A stretch of DNA of 32,879 bases from Octopus bimaculoides (Eukaryota), in NCBI RefSeq assembly GCF_001194135.2, contig NC_069004.1, positions 97,375-130,253 on the forward strand. Reading direction: 5' to 3'. The position numbers were made by a program, and so were the translations under genes. Below are positions 1 to 12,045 of the stretch, piece by piece. The notes under the pieces are model-generated. The model had not been told where the DNA came from, did not search any database, and saw only the letters and a program-made list of their open reading frames with translations. How positions within the stretch are numbered: the stretch's first letter is position 1; every line of letters starts with the position of its first letter.

Positions 1-130
1 ATTAATTTGAGATTAATTAGCTACTTCTGAAATAAGAAATATAATATAGATAGTATTTTTTTTGTCAGAACACTCCAAAAATATAATAATGCAAACGGAT
101 GTTTTGGATAAAAAAAAGATTCAAACTTAC

Positions 131-320
131 CGCAAGGTTATTCCGACATTTCGGATGGCTGACTCAGGAATTATGGGATTGCTGTGGTTCAGGTCAGAAA
201 GTGGAACGAGGAGAGTAACAATTCTACACTAAGAAAGAGGGGAGGGGTGTCTCTCACGCGCGTCTTCTCAAAGCAGACGACCGAGTTGCTGAGAGAAGGG
301 GGAAGGGGAGGCAGAATATG
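131..320 (-). promoter_or_regulatory. Candidate CpG-rich first (non-coding) exon or promoter of a further minus-strand gene lying left of the window
   Basis: Consensus donor GCG|GTAAGT at 131/130, CpG-rich pyrimidine-biased upstream sequence (cacgcgcg, TGACTCA AP-1 site), no acceptor and no long ORF. Inference only. Confidence 0.35.
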
Positions 321-1039
321 TTAAACAACACCTGGACGGAGTTTCTTTGAAAAACAAAAAGTAACTATTTTATGGAATTTTCCGATGATATCGATAAACA
401 GAGATACACAAACACGCACAAATGTCTGTATGTGTGTATATGTGATTGCATATTTATATGTACGTATACATGCATGTATGCATGTTCTATACGAGCCCGT
501 TGTCTTCAAGTTGTGTGGTTAGCTCTAACGCGTTAGAGTCTTAAGTCTTTAGCCTTTGCTAAATGAGCCTTGTCTGCTATCAAAGAAATCTGTTTGTGAA
601 CCGTATCAAACATACATACATACATATACGTTTATATACATACATAGCTATATGTAAATACACACACACACATATATATATACATACACACACACATACA
701 TATACATATGAAACTATATTTATGGTAGCTAAAGTAGATTTATTATCCAAACATTAGTGACCAATAAGAGGAGAGAGAAAAACACCCTCTCGTATTTGGT
801 GCTTAGTCTTAATCGGTGCGTCGATAAATTTTTAGTGCTGTGTTGTAGCTATGATCAATCTACACCACATGGATCCTTTGATGACGACGGTTTCTTCGAG
901 TCTGAAGATCATTGAAAAGAGAGGCACACCTTAATGTGGCCTTTGTAAACCGATCTCTGACATGGCATGGCTTAGCGTCGTGTCTGCATTTAGTAGTTTT
1001 AAGGTGAGAATCAGTGGGCACAACCTGGTTCCATTATTT

Positions 1040-1240
1040 AAAGACGTCTCTGATCAAAGTGGCTCAGCGGGCTAAGACGACTGCGGTGACCAGCAAAATA
1101 GGTTTTACGTTGGAGTGTCCTTCCCCTAGGTGAATTGCCTTCAACGGTTGGATGGCTCTATCAAGCCAGGAGATGCCGGAAGAGTGTCAAAGAGCGAACC
1201 TGACCGCTTGAGAGGCTCCACCCCTTGATTTGCTGTCTCG
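1040..1240. mobile_element. Possible RTE-type LINE 5' UTR remnant
   Basis: ggttttacgttggagtgtccttcccctaggtgaattgccttc resembles a recalled RTE-type 5' UTR motif. No coding support. Confidence 0.3.
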
Positions 1241-2519
1241 GTTCATTCCACTGGTCTTTTCTTTTCCCAAGGCAGTTTTCTGTTTGGAGTGACTTTTATA
1301 ACATGCTTATTAGTGCACAGCTGGAACCGTGACTCGTACTGCCACTCCGGGTTAAAGTAGACCTGGAAACAATAGGGATAATGAAGTAGTTCCACATTCC
1401 TCAAAATCCTGAGACTTCCGAACCAAGGCCCCTTCCAGTTTAAAGCCATATCTAGGAGATATGGATTCTTGAATATCATAGTTACTCGGAGTTACTTCTT
1501 AACGTTGGCAGATGGTATTAAGAGAAATATTTTTATATTATCAATTTACTTGAGCGTTGCCTACTGCCTACCCTGAGTAATTAGTCACGACACGTGCCAG
1601 CTACGTGCAAAAATTTAGTAAAAGCTATCCATTGTCTACAAAACACCAACAACAAGTCCGGTCTGGGGAACATGTGCTGTCGTCATACAAACTGATCGCC
1701 CCAGTAGCTTCTTGTCCATTTTGTCATTTGAACCTTAGCTCAAAGTCTACGTTTACCTCGATAACATCTGATATGTTAAGAATATGATATCTAACTGCGG
1801 CATTTCTGCCAAGTAGAGTCTCGTTTCACACTGGATAGAATTCCGTACACACCGGCGTTCGTGTTGTCATTTAACATCGGGTCAAATCGGATCCAATAGA
1901 ATTCTGTAATCAAAAGTGTTCACCGCTTAAGGACATCGTACTCTCGTATTCAGATACAGTATATCTCCAAACTACAGATGCACCTTCCAGGTACAGGACC
2001 CTAATGACATGCTGGGGCCGCTACCTTGAAAGGTTTAAGTGAACAAATCCACCCTAGTACTTATTCTTAAATCTAGCCCCTATTTTATCTGTCACTTTCA
2101 CCGAACCGTTAAGTTACTTAAAAAAAAAACAAGGAAGGGCACATTGAATAATGTAGTCTAAGGCACACTATGCACCCCCCCCCCNNNNNNNNNNNNNNNN
2201 NNNNNNNNNNNNNNNNNNNNNNNNNNNNNNNNNNNNNNNNNNNNNNNNNNNNNNNNNNNNNNNNNNNNNNNNNNNNNNNNNNNNNNNNNNNNNNNNNNNN
2301 NNNNNNNNNNNNNNNNNNNNNNNNNNNNNNNNNNNNNNNNNNNNNNNNNNNNNNNNNNNNNNNNNNNNNNNNNNNNNNNNNNNNNNNNNNNNNNNNNNNN
2401 NNNNNNNNNNNNNNNNNNNNNNNNNNNNNNNNNNNNNNNNNNNNNNNNNNNNNNNNNNNNNNNNNNNNNNNNNNNNNNNNNNNNNNNNNNNNNNNNATAT
2501 ATATATATATATATACTCT

Positions 2520-2941
2520 TTACTCTTTTATCTGTTTCAGTCATTAGACTGTGGCCATGCTGGAACACCGCCTTTAGTCGAACAATTCGACCCCAGGACT
2601 TATTCTTTGTAAGCCTAGTACTTATTCTATCGGTCTTTTTTGCCGAACTGCTAAGCTACGGGGACATAAACACACCAGCATTTGTTGTCCAATGATGGTG
2701 GGGGGAACAAACACAGACACACAAACATACACACACACACGCACACGGCCACTCACACACATATATACACATACATACATACATACACGACGGGCTTCTT
2801 TCAGTTTCCATCTATCAAATCCACTCACATGGCTTTAGGCGGCCCGAGGCTATAGTAGAAGACACTTGCCCAAGGTGCCATGCAATGGGACTGAACCCGG
2901 AACCATGTGGTTGGGAAGCAAGCTACTTACCACACAGCCAC
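2520..2941 (-). mobile_element. tRNA-derived SINE, family 1, near full length
   Basis: Minus-strand head gtggctgtgtggtaag (A box) ... ggttccgggttcagtccc (B box), body, internal (CA/TA)n, then 3' domain. Homologous copies recur across the window. Confidence 0.85.
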
Positions 2942-4874
2942 TCCTGCAGTGCAATATATTATTGCACTGCTTTCATTCAGAGGAATGCGGCCATGCGGTG
3001 TCATTGCCTCAAGGGTTTTCTCAGTCGGTCGTATACTTGTGAGGCGGGGGTAGACCTTGAGGTGTATACATACACACAGACAGACATACACACATACATA
3101 CAGACAGACAGACATACATATCTAATTGAAAATATTATCTACGTATAAAAGTGTCACAACAGGATTCTTGGATTGGAATGTCGGGGCGCCAGAAGATTCA
3201 ATTGTTCATACTCGTTTGAACCTAGATCCATCCCCTATTCTGGCTCTTCCACCACCTCCACAAACACTTATCTTCCTTAAATTAGATACATCTCTCTTTC
3301 TCTCTCTCTCTCCCTTTCTCTCCCCGGGATGATTTTACCGTCGTCATCTGACAATTTGACGTCTAACTACTAGAATAGCTGGTTATATTGCTCTCCACTA
3401 CATCTCACACAACTGTGACAATGATTAGCTACTTATATATATATATATGAAAATTCATCTAGTGGAATAATAACTTTAGGTGACATTTATGAGGGCATAT
3501 ATTTGTGGTGGGTGTATATTCATGCGCAGGCAGACTGTATATATANNNNNNNNNNNNNNNNNNNNNNNNNNNNNNNNNNNNNNNNNNNNNNNNNNNNNNN
3601 NNNNNNNNNNNNNNNNNNNNNNNNNNNNNNNNNNNNNNNNNNNNNNNNNNNNNNNNNNNNNNNNNNNNNNNNNNNNNNNATTAGTTTATGTATATATTAA
3701 TATTATCTCAGTTTAAAAAACCCAGGACGTAAATATGTTAATAGTTACCATGGGTAGCAAAAATTACACAAAAAAAAAAACAGGATATCACACCCGTTTT
3801 ATAGGTAGAGATACCAAGTTGAAGTGATGTATTTTGAGTAGATATGAATAATGACAATAAATGGAGCAAAACGCATATAAACAAAAGTTCCTTTAATTCC
3901 TACATATGTTTCAAAATATATGTGCACTCTACTCCAAAGAAGTAAGAGATGCTGGAATTGCACATATATGTAGTCCTACATATCGATTACATTTCTATTG
4001 TTCGCTTTGCGTATTAAATAAAAGATTTTGAAAATTAAAGGTGTCTATTTACTTCCTCCATGTCTGTGTATGTGCATGTATGTTATGTATGCATATATGT
4101 ATGTTATGTATGTATGTATGTGTGTATGTATGTATGTAGTGCACTTCAAATGGTAAAGTTGTTCTTGACGGGATTTGAACTCACAATAAAACTAAAAACT
4201 CTCTTTCTTTCTCTTTCTCTCTCTCTCTCTCATTTAGTATGAAAGTCTTAAAATTCCAGTTCTCTCTCTTACCGAGAGCAAATACATTCTCATATTCAGA
4301 AGCAAGGAATAAAAATTATTTTCATGATGTAATAATATACATTATTATTATTATTATTATTAATATTATTATTATTATTATTGTTGTTGTGTCTATAGTA
4401 GAAAGGATTGTTATTGTTGTCGTTGCTCGCTTTTGTTTTCTTATTTTTCTTTTCAAAAGTAATTTATGAATATATGACAGGATGTGCAGAAACGCATGAA
4501 AACGCATGGAAGAGTCACTGGTTGTAAAATTTAGAAATAATTTATCGATTCCATAGCTTTCTTGCAATACTAGACACATTGCTAATCAACTTAATGCGGT
4601 TCGATCGGTTTTTTTCTCCAATGAGGGGTAATTTACAGTCAGCACTTTTGTCGATGTGGTTTGGTGGTCCGTGACAACGATAAAGACTCAATTATTCTCT
4701 CGTGGTTATCCTACAGCCACGAACAATTCTATGATAACAGCAACAGCAGCGGCCATGATGAATTATTTGTGTTTGGAGGATTCATTTAGCTCGTTGCATA
4801 AAAATATTTCTGAAGAGTCACACACAATATCTTTAATTAGGGGAATATCTTTCTCTTAATTGTTGTTATTATTA

Positions 4875-5055
4875 TTTATCATCATCATCATCATCATCAT
4901 CGTCATTGTCATGATCATCACCATCATGAAGATTATGATTATCATCACCCACCATCGTCGTCGTTATCGTCTTCATCATGTTCATGATCATTATCATCGT
5001 CGTTGTAAGCGACATCATCATCATCATCATCATTATTAGTTATTATTATTATTGT
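4875..5055. repeat. Degenerate (CAT/CGT)n-(ATT)n microsatellite at the LINE 3' tail
   Basis: Direct reading. Confidence 0.9.
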
Positions 5056-5372
5056 TGAGTAGTTTTATTTTTATGACGTGCTTTCACTTCACTACCGAGC
5101 GCAGCTCTGTGTGCCTTGGGTATGTGCTGTGGTTTGCTGTGATGCTCTTATGGTTACTGTATTGAAAGTGTTTTGCGTAGGATGTGTGCAGTGCCCAGTA
5201 GTGCAATTTTCTGTATCTTATATATATTTGTAAGTCCTGGTGTTTTTGTTATGTATTTGTCTGAATATTTTTTTATTATACCTAAGGCGCCTACTATGAT
5301 AGGAATTGTTTCTGTTTTTAGATTCTACATTCGAGTTACCTCTATTTCCAGGTCTTTGTATTTTGAAAGTTT
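5040..5372 (-). mobile_element. 5'-truncated 3' end of an R4/Dong-clade (REL endonuclease) LINE with 3' UTR and (AAT)n tail
   Basis: Minus frame 5372-5154 reads KLSKYKDLEIEVTRM*NLKTETIPIIVGALGIIKKYSDKYITKTPGLTNIYKIQKIALLGTAHILRKTLSIQ*, the typical K..KY.DL.IE...MW...IPIIVGALG REL C-terminus, with one TGG>TAG stop. Confidence 0.85.
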
Positions 5373-5781
5373 TGGTGGTGGTGGCGGCAGCGGCAGCGGC
5401 AGCAGCAACTGCAGAAGTAGCAGCGACTGCAACTGCAGCAGCAACACCAGCCTTATTCTTCATTTCCTGGACGAGATATGACGTTACAGGTGAATTATTT
5501 TCAGAAATATTACCCTTCAAATATTTCAAGAAAGTATTAAAGGTGAAATATTAAAAAAGTAATTAAATTTTTTTTTAAATGAATAAATACATAAACGGAA
5601 CTGTGATTGTGATCGATTTCAACCTCAATGGCGATTGATTGGTATGCTTTTCTTGGGAAATCTCAAAGGAGTTGCCTTCAAAATATGTCAGCTTTGTTTC
5701 GTTTTTTTGTTATTTTTTTACTTTTAATGGAATTAATTTTCATAACACAAAATCTAAATTCACATTAACGATTGCGATTAT

Positions 5782-6038
5782 GTGGCTGTGGTAAGAAGCT
5801 TGCTTCCCAACCGCATGGTTCCGGATTCAATCCCATTGCGTGGCACTTTTCGCAAGTGCCTTGTACTGTGGGCTGACCAAAGCCTTGTGAGTGAATTTTC
5901 TAGACGAAAACTGAAAGAAGCCCGTCGTATATATCTATGTGTGTGTATGTCTGAGTGTGTGTCTTTATGTCTGCGTGTCTTTATGTCTGTTTTTGTCCGC
6001 CACCACCGCTTGACAGCCGGTGCTGGTGTGTTTACGTA
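5782..6038 (+). mobile_element. tRNA-derived SINE, family 1 (3'-truncated)
   Basis: gtggctgtggtaagaagcttgcttcccaacc...ggttccggattcaatccc...gaaagaagcccgtcgtat + (GT)n. Confidence 0.85.
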
Positions 6039-6269
6039 GCTTTTGCACGAAATGTGTCAAATATGTCGTAAATATGCAACTTTTCTAAAGCATTAGAAAC
6101 TTTGTAAGATCATGTCTATCCATGGGTAGATATAGAAATATTTTGCAAGTTTTGCATTTATATATATATGATCAACGTTTGTGAAATTAGGCAGCGCATT
6201 GATTCTGGAAAATTACATAATGTGGAATAACGAGCAAATCATCTTCAGTACTTCCTATTTTATTATTAC

Positions 6270-6321
6270 TATTACTATTATTATTATTATTATTATTAGT
6301 AGTAGTAGTAGTAGTAGTAGC

Positions 6322-6378
<57 letters not shown>
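6270..6378. repeat. Compound (ATT)n-(AGT)n microsatellite
   Basis: Direct reading. Confidence 0.95.
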
Positions 6379-6379
<1 letters not shown>

Positions 6380-7938
6380 TTGAAATCGATCAGAAAGTTT
6401 CGCTCGATTTCGATTCTGTAAAATTACGAAATGCTTTCAAAGTTTTCACTAGAATTGGAATGTGTTTATGTTTTGTCATTTATATAGAAGCTCGCTTTCG
6501 TTTTCTGCCTTTTACTTATATTTTGCCCGCATCAGAGGCGAAGTGTCAGTTCTTAAATTTTTGTTTTGTAAATTGTCTGGTTTTACTAAAAAGAAAAAAA
6601 AATAGACGTTTGCGAAAAAAAATAATAATAATATTCACTAGTTCAGAAATGTAAGACGGATGGAGTAAAAAAAAAAGTGTTTAAATGAAAAAGGCAAGTG
6701 ATGGAGCGATGCTTACGTCAAACAATTGGTAACCACGGTAACAAGAGACGATGTCAGAGAAGAAAACATGCCCGTGTCGTCTGCTTGTGATTTGGAAGGG
6801 AGAAAAAAATCAACAACAATAACAACGACGACAGAGATGACGGTGACACCAACAACAATAACAAACACGACAACATCAGCAACAACAAGAAAAAGAATAA
6901 CAACGAAAGGAGAAGGAAAATTTCGTTTGCTTTGATAATCAGCAGCAGAGATTCGATCGCAAAGAAGGATTATGTTAGAAACTGTAAATGTGACATTGCA
7001 GACTGGGGATTGATGAAACTCTCAACCACTGACATACGAAGTACCCTTAGAATATGATTTTAATTTTAAAAAAACCCATTGTCAATAAGTGCATAAACAG
7101 AAAAGAAAGAATACAGCAGAATCCCAGCCGAGCCCAAGGAGAAAATGCCTGCAGGAAGCGTGGTCTTCGAGTAAGATATGTAACAAGCGGGAGGCAGTTG
7201 TTACTGTTTGCAAGAGGAAGTCGGGCCTGTCGAATGAGCTTATCATCATCCCATTATACCAACGAAGGGAGACAAAATACAGGTTAGCAACGTGTTACCT
7301 CACAGAGACCAAACCAGAGAAGTGCCAATGGTGGAGGGGCAGAGAGAGAGAGAGAGAGAGAGAAAAGAAATGAAGTCCATTTTCCAACAAAATAAAACAA
7401 ATATGACTCTGGAGCTGCAGGTGTTGGTGGCACCTAGAGACTTATTCTGGATCTCGTTCAAAACGGGGGCACCAGTATTTTCTTAACGAAACACTTTGAA
7501 ACTTGGGACACTGGTAGAATGTGTCATATAAAACATCTTTTTCTCTTAGTCTTCTTAAGAAAAATTATTATATTGCAATTTATTTCATGTTAAAGTTGTC
7601 GTATTTCTGTAATTTCAACCAATGACTGACGTCCATTCAGCCGAATACATTAAGTGCTGACTACGTAAACAAACGATTCTGGCGGTGATAAAATTATTAT
7701 TTCCTTGTCAAAAAATGGCTGAAGCATATTGGCAGTAGCTAATAAACCTTTCTATTTTAGGCACAAGGCCTGGTTTTTGAGGGAAGGAGCAAGTCAATTA
7801 TGGTTAGGGTTAGGGAAAACGAACACACGTGTGTTGCCTCTCTGCAAAATGTCAGAAGTAATGGAGATTAAATACGCTTTACACCGCTTAAACTGCCAAA
7901 GGAGTAACTGTAAACAATCATCATCGTCATCGTCATCG

Positions 7939-7977
<39 letters not shown>

Positions 7978-7991
7978 ACAACAACAACAAC

Positions 7992-8180
7992 AAAGGTGGC
8001 GAACTGGCAGAATCGTTAGCACGCCGGGCGAAATGCTTAGCGCTATTTCGTCTGCCGCTACGTCCTGGGTTCAAATTCCGCCGCGGTCGGCTTTGCCTTT
8101 CATCACTGGGGTCGATGTAATCAACTTAGCCCATCCCCGCAAATTTCAGGTCCTGTGCCTAAAGTAGGAAGGATTACTAT
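7992..8180 (+). mobile_element. tRNA-derived SINE, family 2
   Basis: Head aaggtggcgaactggcagaatcgttagc, B-box-like gggttcaaattcc, core gctttgcctttcatc...ggggtcgat, end tgtgcctaaag + (ATT)-like tail. Confidence 0.8.
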
Positions 8181-8690
8181 TAATATTGACAACAAAACCA
8201 CCCACAATCGTTATAACCGTCGGCGGAAAGAACAGCAGCAACAAGAGTAAAACACTGCGATGATGTTGATGATGATGATGATGATGTTGGTGGGGGAATT
8301 GTTGTAGGTCGAGGTGTGAATGGAAGAACAGAAGACTCTATGTGAATGTCTGTTGTCGTGAGCGGTAGATATCGAAAACGAGGCCCGTGTGCACCAGGTG
8401 ACCGCTGCTCTTCTTCAAAATGAATACCCAAGCTTGCAGTTAAAAAGACTGTTTTCTTTAAGACTTGCACATTTTCTTGATGTTTTCTTCTTCGTGCGAG
8501 TAAACAAGGAGTTAAGAGACTAAGAGATTAAGGAAGTTCCCATTCGACATTCTACAATCAGCAAATGCTTCCATAGAGATTCGTGGCGCCCATTTTGTAT
8601 CTTGTAAATGCGAAAATAAAACAAGAACAACATATTTTTTTCTGTGAGGAAGAAAGCAATAAAGAAATGAATAAATGTCTTAAGATATAT

Positions 8691-8693
<3 letters not shown>

Positions 8694-8760
<67 letters not shown>
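8694..8760. repeat. (GT)n microsatellite
   Basis: Direct reading. Confidence 0.95.
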
Positions 8761-8763
<3 letters not shown>

Positions 8764-9799
8764 TGTGCATTTTTAGTATATCTAGAAAAATAAAATAAAT
8801 TGAGAACGAGATAAGTAAAACGATATGAAAAAATATTATTTTGTTGACACGAGTTTCAAATGAAGGAATGTTTGTGCGCGTTTCTTTAAGAAATGCTGAA
8901 CAAATGAAATAAATCTTTGGAAAAAGATGAGTTGTTTTCTTTCGTTTTATTCTTTCTGCTATTATTACGTTTTCGTTCTTGTTTTTGTGTTCTGTGGTTT
9001 TACACAGTCACACACATATGCATACACACACACACACACATACATATATGTGCATGCATGTAGGTGTGTGTGTTTGTATGTTTGTGTGCTGCACATTTCC
9101 GAGACGTTGATAGAAAAAGCTAGAAGACGTCTGAGACAAAGGTTGGTGGAATCGGAATGGCAGACAACAATAAACGACAGTTGATGGATTGAATAGAACG
9201 ACAAGTTAAAAGAGTTGGTGACTTACAAACTCGGTGCAGCTAAACTTCGCTCAGAAATACGAAAACATTTTCTTTGTCTGAGCCATTGATTGGGCTCAGC
9301 TGTTCGTTGTTGTTGTTGCTGCTGTTCTGGTTGTTTTTGATGATGGTGGTGGTTGTGGTGGTAAAGAGAGTATGATATGTTGACAACGACGGCGACGGCA
9401 TCGGGGACGGTGATAAAGTCGTCTGCTGCGGCAATGGCGGTAGAGGCATCGGTGGCAGCAGCTCTTTCTCTCTCCCCCCTCTCTCACTCTCTCTTTCTCT
9501 CTCTCTGCGCCTCCTTCATTTGTTCGGCAGTGGTAGTGATGATGGTGGTGGCGATGGCGGAGACAAAGTCAAAAATTATTGTTGATTAGATCCTGATCAA
9601 ACGTAATCGAACAGACCAACAGACATTTGATACAAGATATTCCAACCATGACCTCTCCGTCTTTTCCCAAAATATTGGGAACTTAGGACCGCATTATTTA
9701 ATCTATCTTTGTGAGGATTTGAGGAGGATTGAGCTGCTATATCTAGTAGGAGAAATTTGTTAGTGATCGCTCTATCAATCAGGCTACCAGACGTCCTTT

Positions 9800-10060
9800 A
9801 TACATCATTGGTCACAATGCGTTTCTATTCTTCCGTTGTCTCCTTCTCTTCTATTTCGACCCCAAAGTTTCCCTTGTGAACTTTTCCCATTGTTTGCATC
9901 TTATTCAACAACTGCATGGGTCCACCTGTTATCTGTGAACCTGGCGTCATGGGAAGTTAAAATGATTCTTTCGAAATGCCACGATCACATCGAACATTCC
10001 ACTTCGTTCTGGAACTTCTTCGTTTCGGAAACGTTCCCGCAAAGATACCTTTGATAATCA
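9800..10060 (-). mobile_element. Highly decayed RTE-clade LINE 3' ORF fragment
   Basis: KVSLRERFRNEEVPERSGMFDVI then, frameshifted, TDNRWTHAVVE*DANNGKSSQG, resembling RTE VSLRDRIRNEEIRRR...DNRWT..V.EW.P..GKR.RG. Confidence 0.55.
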
Positions 10061-11039
10061 GCTTCCTCAACCAAGCCTGTCCTGGGGCTAAACTAGGAGG
10101 ACAACAACAACAACAACCAGTAGTTCTGCATCGAAACTTCTGTTTCAAATTATAGCAAAACGTTTTAAAAGAAAATGTTTTTGTCTGATAAGTCGGGTTT
10201 TGTAAACAAAAAACTCAGCAAAAACCCTACTGACAGATGACGCAACACGACTTAGCCACACACCCACCCCGTCGCCACCACCACCACTACCTCCTCCACC
10301 ATCACTAACATCACCACCAACTCAATCACCGCCACCACCACAACACACCAAAGAAATTCTAATTCAAAATGTTGTAAAATGAAAATACTTAAAGAGTCGA
10401 AGAAAAAAGAAAATTCTTTCTCCATTTCTTGCTTTTTTTACTACAATTTGAAACATTTATTTTTTAAATGTTTTTTTTTTTTTTTCTTCAAAAACTCGTT
10501 GTTGAAAGAAGCAAAACAAGGAATCTTGAAACGTCTTGTTGGTGGATATAAGAACATTTGCTAAATAAACAATCGTCAACGAGAAAACCTTTATGTGCTT
10601 GCTCATCTTGCTAGAAATAGCAACCAAATCACAAATAAATCACATTCTACCACACATATCAAATAATATCAATAATATAGTCTTACATTCGTTATGTAAT
10701 GAAAGGATAATCAAGATATCTGGTTTTTTTTTCATGTTTTTTTTTTCAATTTGATATCTCTTCTGAGTACTTTCATTGAACCTTCAATTCTTCTTTCCCA
10801 CCTCGGTTTTATCTTCAAAAGTTAGCTTATGGTCCATTTGGTTTACTCTGGCTATCATGAGGGTATAAGGTCTAATTTTATCAGCAATACCAAGGCTATT
10901 CACAGCTAAGTCCATCGGAGTTAGTCTTATCCATGATAGGGACAACAGATGGATGTAGTTGCGAATTAATAGATGATAGTCTTTTATGCCAACGTCGTCA
11001 TGAATTTCCGGTTCTATCCTAGTGAACTTGAAGACCAGA

Positions 11040-11388
11040 CGTTTAAGTTGTTTCAGTGATTAGACTGTAGCCATGCTGGAGCACCACCTTGAATTTTAAT
11101 CGAACGAATTGACCCTAGTCCTTATTTTTTTTAAGCCTTGTATTTTAATCTATGGGTCTCTTTTTCCGATCCACTAGGTTACAGGGGCCTATACATACCA
11201 ACACCAGTTGCCAAGCGGCCGTGGGGAATACACACACACACATATACGATGGGCTTCTTTCGGTTTCCATCTGCCAAATCCACTTACAAGGCTGTAGTCA
11301 GCCCGAGGCTATAGTAGTAGAAGACAAAGGTGCCACACAGTGGAACTGAACCTGGAACCACATGGTTGGGAAACAAACTTCTTACCAT
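11040..11388 (-). mobile_element. tRNA-derived SINE, family 1
   Basis: Collinear with the 2520-2941 copy (tgtttcagt...gccatgctggagcacc...gggcttctttcggtttcc...ggaaccacatggttggg). Confidence 0.85.
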
Positions 11389-11799
11389 TTATAAAGTTCA
11401 TTTTTGCCAGTCCTATTACACATTTGTCTTTGCAGGATTTCGTTTGCTAATACATAATTTTTATCTACTTAAAAATAGTTGTTTTGTGTAAACTAATCCT
11501 AACTCTTTGTTTTTGCATGACACAGCTGCATTTAATAAACGTTGTAAATGGTAAAATACCTTTCTTTCTTTACGTATTTATTTATCCCTTTATTTATTTA
11601 CCCATCTCTTTATTTATCTATTTTTTATCTATCTCTTTATCTACCTACTTATTTATCTCATTATTTATTTATCTATCTCTTTGTTTATTTATCTATTTTC
11701 AACTAATGGCCGTCTCTGAGAGGAGAATATGACAGACATTACTTGGGTTCCGAAGGGGGAGGCATGGGTAAAATAATGTTGAGAAACACTGATACACAT

Positions 11800-12045
11800 A
11801 CTATGCATAGCCATACACACACACACACACACACAGTTGCATCAACAAAACATGTACACACACAGAGGTATATACATACATACAAATAGGAACAGATATA
11901 TATACACACACATACACAAACATGCACAAAAATATACACCCACAAACATGTTAACACACAAACTTACACACAGGTACATACACACACACACACGAACACA
12001 CACATATAAACACACACACACACGCATACAGATACACACACACAC
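11800..12045. repeat. Degenerate (CA)n/(TA)n low-complexity tract
   Basis: Direct reading. Confidence 0.9.

Noticed and set aside
1243-1479. 78-aa minus-strand ORF MIFKNPYLLDMALNWKGPW...
   Set aside because: No recognisable family and no convincing splice partners; probably decayed repeat.
2880-2941. tRNA genes at SINE heads (also 5782-5850, 7992-8080, 26340-26405, 28040-28102)
   Set aside because: A/B boxes are present but there is no intact cloverleaf, and each continues into a SINE body.
7440-7720. Possible DNA-transposon remnants (also 24260-24420 and 1810-1920)
   Set aside because: The sequence looks repeat-like, but no paired TIRs or TSDs could be identified.
8180-8470. 96-aa minus-strand ORF and overlapping hydrophobic or Cys-rich frames
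   Set aside because: Composition derives from (CAT)/(TGC) repeats; no domain motif, non-ATG start and no splice support.
9240-9589. Low-complexity His/Gln/Thr-rich ORFs
   Set aside because: Trinucleotide-repeat translation with interrupting stops; treated at most as UTR-like sequence.
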